Below are positions 16,389 through 25,451 of a stretch of 29,427 bases of DNA, piece by piece (positions within the stretch are counted from its first letter, which is position 1; the number at the start of each line of letters is the position of its first letter). This stretch comes from Chlorobiota bacterium (GTDB lineage Bacteria > Bacteroidota > Ignavibacteria > SZUA-365 > JAADGX01). Both the position numbers and the translations under genes were made by a program. The DNA lies in the NCBI GenBank assembly GCA_013152135.1, contig JAADGX010000212.1:1-29427 (forward strand), in the 5' to 3' direction. The notes beneath the pieces are model-generated. The model searched no databases and was not told where the DNA came from. It was given only the letters and a program-made list of their open reading frames with translations.

Positions 16389-18551
16389 ATGATCAAGCGT
16401 GGCAGATCAGCGGAGTTATTGTTGGCCGTCGTTCTTTGTACCGGTATTGCTTCGGCCCAGGTGTCGTTACCCGATACCATTCGTGCCTTCCGGATAACCC
16501 AATCCATTGATGTGGATGGGGCATTGGTTGAGACGGCGTGGCAGAAGGCGCCTCGCATTTCCAATTTTACCCAGCGAGAACTCAACGAAGGTCAGCCGGT
16601 CACGGAACGCACCGAAGTAGCCGTGTTGTATGATGACCAAAATCTCTACATCGGGGTGTGGTGCTATGACCGCAACCCCGGTGGCATTGTTGCGCAAAAA
16701 ATGAAACGGGATTTCGATTTCAACTCGGATGACAACTTTGAAGTCATTATCGATACCTATCACGACCAGCGAAACAGCTACCTGTTCGTCACCAATCCCA
16801 ACGGGGCACGGGCGGACGCGCTTGTCCTGGATAATGGAAGAAGGGTGAACGAGGACTGGGACGGGGTCTGGAACGTGAAAACCCGGATAACGGAACAGGG
16901 GTGGTTTGCCGAGTTCCGTATTCCCTTCTCCACGCTGAGATTCAAACCGGGAGGCGACCAAATCTGGGGCATCAATTTTGAGCGGAACATCCGGAGGAAG
17001 AGGGAACAGGTGTTGTGGCAGGGATGGTCGCGCGATTCGGAACTGGAACAAGTCGTCCGTGCGGGGAGATTGGTTGGACTGCAAGATCTCGGGGCCGTTA
17101 CATTGGTGGAAGTCAAACCGTACGGCATAACCGGAATAAGCATGGAACCGGGGCGAAAAGCGGAAGGGCTGGTGGACGCGGGTGCCGATTTGAACTACCT
17201 CATCACGCCGACCATGAAGCTGAACCTCACCTTGAATACCGATTTTGCCCAGGTGGAGTCGGATCGTTTCCAGGTAAACCTAACGCGCTTTTCTCTGTTC
17301 TATCCCGAGAAGCGGGAATTCTTTCTTGAAGGGCGCAACTATTTCGATTTCAGTCTCGGCCGCAGCATTCAACCGTTTTATACGCGGAAAATCGGCCTCG
17401 CTCCCGATCATTCCGAAGTCCCGATCATCGGAGGAGCGCGTCTGCTTGGGAAAACCGGCGCCACGACGCTCGGAGCCATGAGCATCCAGACCGCACGGAG
17501 GGATACTGTTCCGGGAGCCAATTATACGGTGCTTCGCTGGAAGCAGGACATATTGGAGGAATCGAGTGTCGGCGTCATAGGGATCGGGAAGATGGAATCG
17601 AATCGAGTGAACGGTGTGTATGGCGCGGACTTCCTCTATTCCATAAGCGACTTGTTCGGCGACAAGAATTTTTCCTTCGGTGGAGCAATTGCGCAGAGTT
17701 ATACCTCGGACGCCGACACGAGCACCGGCGAAGCGTTTCGGTTCTTCGTGAGTTACCCGAACGATCTCGTTGAATTCGACGCGGCCTGGACGAAAGTGGG
17801 ACAGAGTTTCAACCCGGAGACGGGATACCTGAGGCGGAAGCATGCACAGATGTACTACGCGGAATTGCAGCTCAATCCCCGCCCCGCTTTCATTCCGTGG
17901 ATGCGAAGGCTGGTGTTCAAACCCCTGGACATCAACTACTATATCGACGACATCACGGGTGAGATGCAGAGCGTATCCACCGAATTCAGACCGCTCGGTT
18001 TTTCCACGCGCAGCGGAGAATTTTTTGAATTCAATATACAGCGCTCGGCGGAAAACCCGACCGAGGATTTCACGATCTACGAGGGGTTCGTCATCCCGGC
18101 CGGAGAGTATTGGTTTACGCACTACGAACTCCAATTCGGCACGTTCAGGGGTCGATCACTTTCGGGGTTCTTCTTTGTGAATTGGGGAGATTTTTACGAT
18201 GGAACGCTCACGGAAATGTTTGTCAGGACGACGTGGCAGATAAACAAGCATGTCAGTATAAATTTCGATTACACCAGGAACGATGTTACACTGCACGGAG
18301 GAGCATTCACGGTGAATGAGGCGGTGACGAGAGTGGAGTTCGCGGTAAACCCGGACTTGTTCGGTGCCGTTTTCACCCAATGGAACGACGAGGACAACAT
18401 GGTGCTCTTGAACTTCCGCGTGAACTGGATCCCCGAACCGGGAATGAATTTCTATTTTGTCGTCAACCAGGACATCGACACGGAGACGGGGAAGTTGGTA
18501 CTGGATCACACCACCGTCCTGACGAAATACGTCTGGCGCTTCGTGCTTTAA
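16389..18551 (+). CDS. CBM9-like N-terminal domain + DUF5916 outer-membrane protein
   Basis: Signal peptide ending GIASA|Q. IDVDGALVETAW, YDDQNLYIG, IDTYHDQRNSYLFVTNPNG, WFAEFRIPFSTLRF, WGINFER, NTDFAQVESD, NLTRFSLFYPEKREFFLEG; amphipathic beta-rich C-half. Confidence 0.85.
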   Translation: MIKRGRSAELLLAVVLCTGIASAQVSLPDTIRAFRITQSIDVDGALVETAWQKAPRISNFTQRELNEGQPVTERTEVAVLYDDQNLYIGVWCYDRNPGGIVAQKMKRDFDFNSDDNFEVIIDTYHDQRNSYLFVTNPNGARADALVLDNGRRVNEDWDGVWNVKTRITEQGWFAEFRIPFSTLRFKPGGDQIWGINFERNIRRKREQVLWQGWSRDSELEQVVRAGRLVGLQDLGAVTLVEVKPYGITGISMEPGRKAEGLVDAGADLNYLITPTMKLNLTLNTDFAQVESDRFQVNLTRFSLFYPEKREFFLEGRNYFDFSLGRSIQPFYTRKIGLAPDHSEVPIIGGARLLGKTGATTLGAMSIQTARRDTVPGANYTVLRWKQDILEESSVGVIGIGKMESNRVNGVYGADFLYSISDLFGDKNFSFGGAIAQSYTSDADTSTGEAFRFFVSYPNDLVEFDAAWTKVGQSFNPETGYLRRKHAQMYYAELQLNPRPAFIPWMRRLVFKPLDINYYIDDITGEMQSVSTEFRPLGFSTRSGEFFEFNIQRSAENPTEDFTIYEGFVIPAGEYWFTHYELQFGTFRGRSLSGFFFVNWGDFYDGTLTEMFVRTTWQINKHVSINFDYTRNDVTLHGGAFTVNEAVTRVEFAVNPDLFGAVFTQWNDEDNMVLLNFRVNWIPEPGMNFYFVVNQDIDTETGKLVLDHTTVLTKYVWRFVL

Positions 18552-18761
18552 TTCAAGCCTTCATGCTTGGTGCATTACTGTACTTTACGGTGGCTAAAAA
18601 GCTGGCCGAGGTGAGAGGTTATAGGGATTGGCGGATTATTCTTACGTCATTGCTTGGCCTGCAGGCACCGAAAAATCTTGTCATCCAGAGTGGTATCCCT
18701 TTGGGTAGGTAACACGTAATCAGAAAGCGATTGAAAATCCTAAACTCTAAATCGTGTCCAA

Positions 18762-19139
18762 TCACTGTCTCTTCGACCTGGACCTGATACGCGCCACCGC
18801 GGCGTACAGGAGCGCTCCTCCTCCGTTCGAGACCGCGTCCACGACGTCGGCGCTACGGTCGGGCAAAAGCATCTGGTACACTTCCCCCAGGCTGCCGTAC
18901 AACGTGGCTACGACCACGGCAAGGAGCAGTGGCGCCGCGATGGATGGCGACACGGAAAACGAGCGGTGCAGTAGCAGCGCCATGATGAAAAACATGGCCG
19001 CGTGGATGAGCTTGTCCAGGGATGGAATGTAGATCGGCGCCTTGGGAAACGAGGAACTGGGAAGGCTCAACAGGAGGAAGATCACGATCGCCCAGGTTAG
19101 CGCCGGGAGATGATGCGTGAGAAAGCGTCGCTCCGTCAC
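18762..19139 (-). CDS. VanZ-like membrane protein
   Basis: PALTWAIVIFLLLS, LDKLIHAAMFF, YGSLGEVYQMLLPDRSADVVDAVSN. Start placed at GTG 19139 (GTGA overlap with the nnr stop). Confidence 0.8.
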   Translation of the reverse strand: MTERRFLTHHLPALTWAIVIFLLLSLPSSSFPKAPIYIPSLDKLIHAAMFFIMALLLHRSFSVSPSIAAPLLLAVVVATLYGSLGEVYQMLLPDRSADVVDAVSNGGGALLYAAVARIRSRSKRQ

Positions 19140-20719
19140 TCTGCCGGTTTCCACACGTTTTCGATTGCCTTGAGCGCCTGAGGCAAGGTGTCGAGAAGAT
19201 CGCCGGAGACCATGCCGTTCTCGCCTATGCGGGCGGCGGCGATGTCGCCGGCGGCGCCGTGAATGTACACCGCGCCCGATACCGCGTCCGTGACAGGAAG
19301 CTCGCGGGTCAGGAAAGCGGCGATGATACCGGACAGGACGTCGCCGGAACCGGCGGTGGCCATGCCGGGATTGCCGCTGGAATTGATGTAGGCCGCGCCC
19401 GAAGGGTCGGCGGTTATGGTGGGCGCGCCTTTCAGGACGAGGGTGACGTTGTGCGCGGCGGCGAATTCCACGGTCATGGCGACCCGGTCTGCGGGGAGTT
19501 CGCGGGAGCTCTTGCCGACCAGCCGGGCGAATTCACCCAGGTGGGGCGTAAGGATACGCGGCGCGGGAGCATCGTTAAGGATGTCGGTGTGTCCAACGAG
19601 CGCGAAGAGAGCGTCAGCGTCGATGACCAGCGGTATCCCGGCTTCGCGTATCACGCGCCGGATGAGCTTGCCGGTCTCCTCGTTGCGTCCCATGCCCGGA
19701 CCTACAACTGCAGCATCGGCCCGGCCCAGAAAACTGGCGATGGTATCCCAGGCGGCCATGTCCACCATGTGGTCGGCGTTTTCCGCGAGGGGGACGGTCA
19801 TGACCTCGGTGAGCTTTTCTTCCAGGATGGGATTGAGAGATGCGGGAACCCCCAGCCACACCATGCCGCCTCCCGCCCGCAACGCCGCTTCAGAGGCCAG
19901 GGCCGCGGCGCCCGTCAACCCCGGGGAACCGGCGATGAGAAAGATGCTTCCGTTCTGGTACTTGTGGACGTCGAAACGGTGCGGCATTAGCAGCGGCCAA
20001 ATGTCTTCTTCTTCCACCAGCCACGTATCGCACGGCGATCCCATGGTCACCGAGGGAGGCATACCGATATCCACGACGACGATTTCCCCGGCGTGCTCGA
20101 ACCCGTCGCCGAACAGCAGGCCCTGCTTCAATCCACCCATGGTCGGAGTCAAATCGGCGATGACCGCGTTTCCGCCCACGGTGCCCGTGTTGGCGTGAAT
20201 TCCCGATGGAACGTCAAGCGCGACGATAGGGCAGCCGAATTCGTTCATCGTGGTGAATACCGACGACAAGAATTCGTCCACCTGTCCGGTAAAACCAGTG
20301 CCGAGCACCGCGTCGACGACAAGGTCGGGGGATTCAAGCACGAGGAGTTCTGCAAGATCCTTGGGCGAACGAATGTCGTGGAAGGCGACGTCGGAGTTGA
20401 CCTCTTTTTCCACGAGCAGGATTTCCAGGTTGAGCCGCGCGTCGCCCCGGCGTTCCTGGTCGGGGAAGAGTTGGGCGCAGGTTACGCGTGCGCCGCGGTT
20501 CAGGGCGTGGCGGGCCACGCCGTAGCCGTCGCCGCCGTTGTTGCCTTTTCCGCACACGATGACGAGGGCTTTTCCGTCCAGTGTTCCGTACTTGTTTTCG
20601 ATGGTGTCCACGGCGCCCCGGCTGGCGTTTTCCATGAGGACGATGCCCGGGACGTGGGCTTCTTCAATTGCGCGGCGGTCGCAGTCGCGCATCAGTTCGG
20701 CGGTAAATACTGGTTGCAT
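19136..20719 (-). CDS. nnr: Bifunctional NAD(P)H-hydrate epimerase/dehydratase (YjeF)
   Basis: LMENAS, CGKGNNGGDG, DAVLGTG, DVPSG, HKYQNG, AGSPGLTGAAAL, GPGMG, DADAL, LTPHLGEF, GNPGMATAGSGDVLSG. Confidence 0.96.
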   Translation of the reverse strand: MQPVFTAELMRDCDRRAIEEAHVPGIVLMENASRGAVDTIENKYGTLDGKALVIVCGKGNNGGDGYGVARHALNRGARVTCAQLFPDQERRGDARLNLEILLVEKEVNSDVAFHDIRSPKDLAELLVLESPDLVVDAVLGTGFTGQVDEFLSSVFTTMNEFGCPIVALDVPSGIHANTGTVGGNAVIADLTPTMGGLKQGLLFGDGFEHAGEIVVVDIGMPPSVTMGSPCDTWLVEEEDIWPLLMPHRFDVHKYQNGSIFLIAGSPGLTGAAALASEAALRAGGGMVWLGVPASLNPILEEKLTEVMTVPLAENADHMVDMAAWDTIASFLGRADAAVVGPGMGRNEETGKLIRRVIREAGIPLVIDADALFALVGHTDILNDAPAPRILTPHLGEFARLVGKSSRELPADRVAMTVEFAAAHNVTLVLKGAPTITADPSGAAYINSSGNPGMATAGSGDVLSGIIAAFLTRELPVTDAVSGAVYIHGAAGDIAAARIGENGMVSGDLLDTLPQALKAIENVWKPAE

Positions 20720-20768
20720 GGCGGTTCCGGAAGCAGTTCAGAAATCAATGACAACACGTGAAGCAAGG

Positions 20769-20808
20769 TTCATGCATGAAAAATATCTCCCGGAGCGATG
20801 AAAACCAA
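20769..20808 (-). promoter_or_regulatory. Putative nnr promoter with an overlapping 12-bp palindrome
   Basis: Minus strand TTGGTT (20808-20803), 17 nt spacer, TATTTT (20785-20780). The perfect palindrome TTCATGCATGAA at 20769-20780 covers the predicted start site. Confidence 0.45.
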
Positions 20809-20914
20809 TTGGAGGAACCCTGCGGAAGGCGTGCCGATGAACAGAAAGCACAGTACGAAAGCGGTGTGAGTTTCCGTTACGGGGATGGGTATCGATCTTG
20901 GTGCGTGGGTCCGC

Positions 20915-22339
20915 TCAGAAGAGGTTGCGGAACGTGTTGATCAGCAAGGAGGGCAGGACGCCGAACAGGAAGATGCCAGCGGCGGAGAGGCCGAGGGACA
21001 CCATGCTGGAAGCGGGAAGCAGGACGAGTTCCTCGCTGCTCTGATCGTGGAAGTACATCACCACCACGACACGGAGGTAGTAGTACACGCTGACAAGGCT
21101 TGCGGCAACGCCCACGATGGCCAGCCACGTATACCCCGACTCCACCGCGGCGAGAAAGAGGTAGTACTTTCCGAAGAAACCCGCCAGGGGAGGAATACCG
21201 GCCAGCGAGAACATGAACACGGCCATGAGAGCCGCCAGGACGGGTCGGCGGCGGGCCAGCCCGGCGTAGTCTTCGATCTCGAGGTTCTTCCGGTTCTCTT
21301 TTTCGAAGATGCTGACCACGCCGAAGGCGCCGAGGTTGGTCAGCATGTAGGCGACGATGTAGAACAGGATGGCGGATACGCCGATTTCCGTTCCTGCCAC
21401 CATGCCGATGAGCATGTACCCGGCGTGAGCGATACTTGAATACGCCAGCATGCGCTTGATGCTGGTCTGGGCAATGGCTACCACGTTTCCCAACACCATG
21501 GAAATCACTGCCAGGAGCGCGATGACAATGTTGACCTGGGAATCCATGAACTGGAACTTGACGCTGAATATCAGGGCCAGCGCAGCGAACGCAGCGCCCT
21601 TGGCGCCGGTGGACATGAACGCGGACACGCTTGTGGGCGAACCGTCGTAGACGTCGGGCACCCAGAGATGGAACGGCACGGCCGCCACCTTGAAAGCAAG
21701 GCCGATGAGCAGGAGCCCGCAACCGGCGATGAAAATGACATTCCCCTTGAGCGCTTCCATGTTTTCCGAGATGCCGACGAGGTTGGTGGTGCCGGAAGCC
21801 CCGTAAATCAAGGCGATGCCGTAAAGCAGGAACCCCGTGGCGAACGCGCCGAGCAGGAAGTACTTCAACGCCGCTTCGTTCGATTCCTTGACCTTCCGCG
21901 TCCAGCCAGCCAGCACGTAAAGCGTGACCGACATCACTTCGAGTCCTACGAAGGTCATGATGAGATCTGTGGCGGTGGCCAGCGTCATCATCCCGATGGT
22001 TGCGAACAGGATCATGGGGTAGTATTCGCCGTAATGGCCGCCCGTTCGTTCCAGGTAAGGGCGCGACAGGAGGATGGTGAAACCCGCCGCGGAAAGGAAG
22101 AATATGTCCATGAGCGAAGCGAACCCGCCGATCATCAACATGTTGTTGAACGCGTAACCGGTATGGTGAAACGTCACGACTCCCAGGTAGATGCCGATGA
22201 GAATACCGCCCAGTGTCATCCAGTACAGGCCGGTCTTGAATTCCCTGGTGAAGGAATGGACGACCACGAGCAACAGCGACACGATGACCGTGGCCGTGAT
22301 GGGGGCGGTGGCGGAAAGATCGGAGAGTACGTTGTTCAT
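20915..22339 (-). CDS. nuoN: NADH-quinone oxidoreductase subunit N
   Basis: GEYY, FVGLEVMS, SNEAALKYFLLGAFATGFLLYG, FKVAAVPFHLWVPDVYDGSPT, KRMLAYSSIAHAGY, SLAGIPPLAGFFGK, SVYYYLRVV. Confidence 0.97.
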   Translation of the reverse strand: MNNVLSDLSATAPITATVIVSLLLVVVHSFTREFKTGLYWMTLGGILIGIYLGVVTFHHTGYAFNNMLMIGGFASLMDIFFLSAAGFTILLSRPYLERTGGHYGEYYPMILFATIGMMTLATATDLIMTFVGLEVMSVTLYVLAGWTRKVKESNEAALKYFLLGAFATGFLLYGIALIYGASGTTNLVGISENMEALKGNVIFIAGCGLLLIGLAFKVAAVPFHLWVPDVYDGSPTSVSAFMSTGAKGAAFAALALIFSVKFQFMDSQVNIVIALLAVISMVLGNVVAIAQTSIKRMLAYSSIAHAGYMLIGMVAGTEIGVSAILFYIVAYMLTNLGAFGVVSIFEKENRKNLEIEDYAGLARRRPVLAALMAVFMFSLAGIPPLAGFFGKYYLFLAAVESGYTWLAIVGVAASLVSVYYYLRVVVVMYFHDQSSEELVLLPASSMVSLGLSAAGIFLFGVLPSLLINTFRNLF

Positions 22340-22366
22340 GATACCAACCTCGTTAGTCTAATCAGA

Positions 22367-23860
22367 TTATCCACCCTGGTTGAAAAACATGAGCCAGAGG
22401 ATAATGAAAATCGGGATCAAGATAGGGATCGAGTAGCGATAAATATACTCGAGAAAACTTGGAACCTTGGCGCCCATGTGCTCGGCGATGGATTTGACCA
22501 TGAAATTGGGCGCGTTCCCGATGTACGTGCAAGCGCCGAAGAACACGGCGCCCAGTGAAATGGCCACCACGTAAATCGGGTGATTCATGATAAGGTAAAT
22601 AACGTTGATGTCGGATATGGGCACGTGTCCCTGGGCGACGAGGTTGCCGTGATAGCGGAGCAAGCCTTCGTAGGTTGCGATGATTTCCGGGCTCATGGCT
22701 GCCGTTTGGGCTCCCGCTCCGTGCGTTGCCAGGAGTTGCTGCACCTGCGCGATAACGGTCTGATCCACGAATAACCCTATGGCGGCGCTCAGGTAGTTCA
22801 GGTACGTGGGAGCGTTGTCCAGGACGCTGGACAAGATTCCCGTCCCCCAGAAAAATTGCCCCGCGTTGTCGATGCCGATCTGGGATGCGTTCAGCTCCAG
22901 CCAGTCGAGCGCGGGAACCATCGTCGCGAACAGGCCAAGAAAGAGAAATCCCACTTCCTTGATGGGGAAGAACGTGAATTCGTTGGCTTCGTGGATCTCT
23001 TTTTTCGTCGTCAGGTATGATGCGACCGATACCGCGATCATGATGGCCTCGCGTACAAACGGTGGATCCTGGATAAAGACGGCGATGAGGATCAGGCCCA
23101 AGTACCCGAGGTTGTGCATGCCGCGGAATTTCGTTTCCTCGCCTTGATCCGTCAGCTCTTCGCGCACGTCCTTCGGAACTTTGCGGTAGTAGCGCAAGTC
23201 GATAACGTAGAACACGCTGAGGATGATGGCGAGGGTAAAGAGCCAGATGTACCAGACGTTTTCCATCACCCAGAAGAACGGGATGCCCTTGAGATAGCCG
23301 AGGAAGAGCGGAGGATCGCCGATCGGTGTCAGGGCGCCGCCGATATTGCTCACGATGAATATAAAGAAGACCACGTGGTACGGGTGCAGGCGGTACTTAT
23401 TGTTCCGGATGAACGGCCGGATGAGAATCATGGACGCACCCGTCGTCCCCACGATGTTGGCGATAACAGCGCCGAAACTCAGGAGGAGAATGTTACGCGT
23501 GGGTGTCGAGTACCCGCGCAGGTTGAAGTGAATTCCTCCTGACACCACGAACAGGGAGCCGATCAGACAAATGAAACTGAAATACTCGATACCCGAGTGG
23601 AGCATGCGGATCGCGTTGTCCAGCCCGAAGACGTAGTAGAAAATCGTGATGAGCCCCAGTCCGATGGAGACATGGGGGAAGTAGTGATGCCACCACTTCT
23701 GGTTGATGAACGGCATCAGGGCGATGGCCAGGAGAAGGACCACGAATGGTATGATCATCCACGGGTTTGGCTCGATAATGTGCCCGACTTCTTCCGGGGA
23801 GGCAAAAAGCGAAGCGGGGGAAGCCAAGAGAAAAGCGATGATGCTGAAGAAAAATTTCAT
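22367..23860 (-). CDS. Ion-transporter (IT) superfamily permease, CitMHS_2-like, usually annotated sodium:proton antiporter
   Basis: GTTGASMILIRP, FFIFIVSNIGGALTPIGDPPLFLGYL, EVGFLFLGLFATM, SSVLDNAPTYL, ISLGAVFFGACTYIGNAPNFMVKSIAE; many TM helices, 497 aa. Confidence 0.85.
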   Translation of the reverse strand: MKFFFSIIAFLLASPASLFASPEEVGHIIEPNPWMIIPFVVLLLAIALMPFINQKWWHHYFPHVSIGLGLITIFYYVFGLDNAIRMLHSGIEYFSFICLIGSLFVVSGGIHFNLRGYSTPTRNILLLSFGAVIANIVGTTGASMILIRPFIRNNKYRLHPYHVVFFIFIVSNIGGALTPIGDPPLFLGYLKGIPFFWVMENVWYIWLFTLAIILSVFYVIDLRYYRKVPKDVREELTDQGEETKFRGMHNLGYLGLILIAVFIQDPPFVREAIMIAVSVASYLTTKKEIHEANEFTFFPIKEVGFLFLGLFATMVPALDWLELNASQIGIDNAGQFFWGTGILSSVLDNAPTYLNYLSAAIGLFVDQTVIAQVQQLLATHGAGAQTAAMSPEIIATYEGLLRYHGNLVAQGHVPISDINVIYLIMNHPIYVVAISLGAVFFGACTYIGNAPNFMVKSIAEHMGAKVPSFLEYIYRYSIPILIPIFIILWLMFFNQGG

Positions 23861-23878
23861 GAATAACTCATCCTGATC

Positions 23879-25435
23879 TTATTTGCGCAATGCGGGCACC
23901 TGCGGCAGCCGCTCGACGTAGGGGTTTCCTTTCTGAACATCCGTCAGTACCTTCACGATGTTTTGCATCGAGGCTTCGGATTTGCTGAGGAACGTGGAAG
24001 GATACACTCCGATCCAAACTATGAACAGGATGATGGGAAGGAGCAAACCGATTTCCCGGTGCGAAAGGTCCTTGAGCGATTTGTTCTCTTCGTGTCTGAT
24101 CTCACCGAAAATGACACGCTGGTACATCCACAACATGTAGCAGGCGGCGAAAATGACACCGGTCGCGGCGAAGATGACATAGATCGGCGAACCCAAAACC
24201 ACGGACTGGAACGATCCCACGAGGATGAGGAATTCGCCCACGAATCCGTTCAGCCCCGGCAGGCCGATGGAACTCAGCATGATGATCATGAAGAAAGTGG
24301 AGAACACGGGCATGACCCGCGCCAGGCCCCCGAAGTCTTTGATCATCCGCGTATGCCGACGTTCGTAGAGCATGCCCACTACCAGGAAGAGCGCGCCCGT
24401 GGACAACCCGTGATTGATCATCTGAATGAGACTGCCTTGCAAGCTCTCAAGGGTCATTCCGAAAATGCCCAGCACCACGAACCCCATGTGGCTCACGGAA
24501 CTGAACGCGACAAGCCTCTTCACGTCCTTCTGGACCATGGATACCAGGGCTCCGTAAATGATGCCGATGACACCCAACGTGGCCATCAATGGCGCGTACT
24601 CGATGGATGCCTGGGGAAAGAGCTGCAGGCAGAATCGTATCAGGCCGTACGTGCCCATCTTCAGGAGTACGCCGGCCAGGATGACGCTGCCTCCAGTCGG
24701 GGCCTCCGTGTGGGCATCGGGGAGCCACGTGTGCAGAGGGAACAACGGCACCTTGATGCAGAAACTGAGAGCGAACGCTCCGAAGATCCAAGCCTGGTCC
24801 GCCAGGGGTATCTGCGGCGCGATGTTCAGCAGGGTAATCAAATTTGTGGTAAAATGTCCGCCCGGCAACGTGGACGCGTACCAGCCCAGCCAGATGATGG
24901 CCACCAGCATGAGAAGGCTGCCCACCAAGGTGTAGAGGAAGAACTTGATGGTTGCGTAAATGCGGTTCTTCCCTCCCCAGATCCCGATGATGAAATACAT
25001 GGGGATGAGGATGATCTCCCAGAACACGTAAAAGAGGAACAGATCCATCGAGGTGAAGACGCCGATCAGGCCCGCTTCCAGGATGAGCATCATGCCCACG
25101 TATTCCGCAACGCGGTCGGTGATGGATTTCCAGGACGAGATCAGGACGATGGGAGTCAGGAAGGTGGTCAGCATGACCAGGAGCAGTGATATGCCGTCGA
25201 TACCGACGTAGTAGCTTATGTCGAAAGACGGTATCCAGCGATGATACTCCACGAACTGGAAGTCCGCCGTGGTCGGATCGAAATTGAAGTACAGACCCAG
25301 GGAGACGAGGAAGACGAGGACGGTAACGGCCAGACCTGCGTAACGCACGGCCTGCGGGTTCTTCCTCACAAAGTACAGGAGAATTGCTCCGGCCAGGGGA
25401 ATGAAAATCAGGTACGTGATCAATGAGGTTGTCAT
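23879..25435 (-). CDS. nuoM: NADH-quinone oxidoreductase subunit M
   Basis: GIDGISLLL, DLFLFYVFWEIILIPMY, KFFLYT, IKVPLFPLHTWLPDAHTEAPT, LLKMGTYG, DVKRLVAFSSVSHMG, HGLSTG, GLPGLNGFVGE. Confidence 0.97.
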   Translation of the reverse strand: MTTSLITYLIFIPLAGAILLYFVRKNPQAVRYAGLAVTVLVFLVSLGLYFNFDPTTADFQFVEYHRWIPSFDISYYVGIDGISLLLVMLTTFLTPIVLISSWKSITDRVAEYVGMMLILEAGLIGVFTSMDLFLFYVFWEIILIPMYFIIGIWGGKNRIYATIKFFLYTLVGSLLMLVAIIWLGWYASTLPGGHFTTNLITLLNIAPQIPLADQAWIFGAFALSFCIKVPLFPLHTWLPDAHTEAPTGGSVILAGVLLKMGTYGLIRFCLQLFPQASIEYAPLMATLGVIGIIYGALVSMVQKDVKRLVAFSSVSHMGFVVLGIFGMTLESLQGSLIQMINHGLSTGALFLVVGMLYERRHTRMIKDFGGLARVMPVFSTFFMIIMLSSIGLPGLNGFVGEFLILVGSFQSVVLGSPIYVIFAATGVIFAACYMLWMYQRVIFGEIRHEENKSLKDLSHREIGLLLPIILFIVWIGVYPSTFLSKSEASMQNIVKVLTDVQKGNPYVERLPQVPALRK

Positions 25436-25451
25436 GTTTCAATCGTTCCAG

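Noticed and set aside
18563-18712. 49-aa ORF MLGALLYFTVAKK... between the DUF5916 gene and vanZ
   Set aside because: No SD motif and no recognisable pattern; cannot be supported without homology or ribosome data.
20758-20940. 60-aa ORF between nnr and nuoN
   Set aside because: It is antisense to the nnr promoter region, overlaps the nuoN end, and has no SD or motif.
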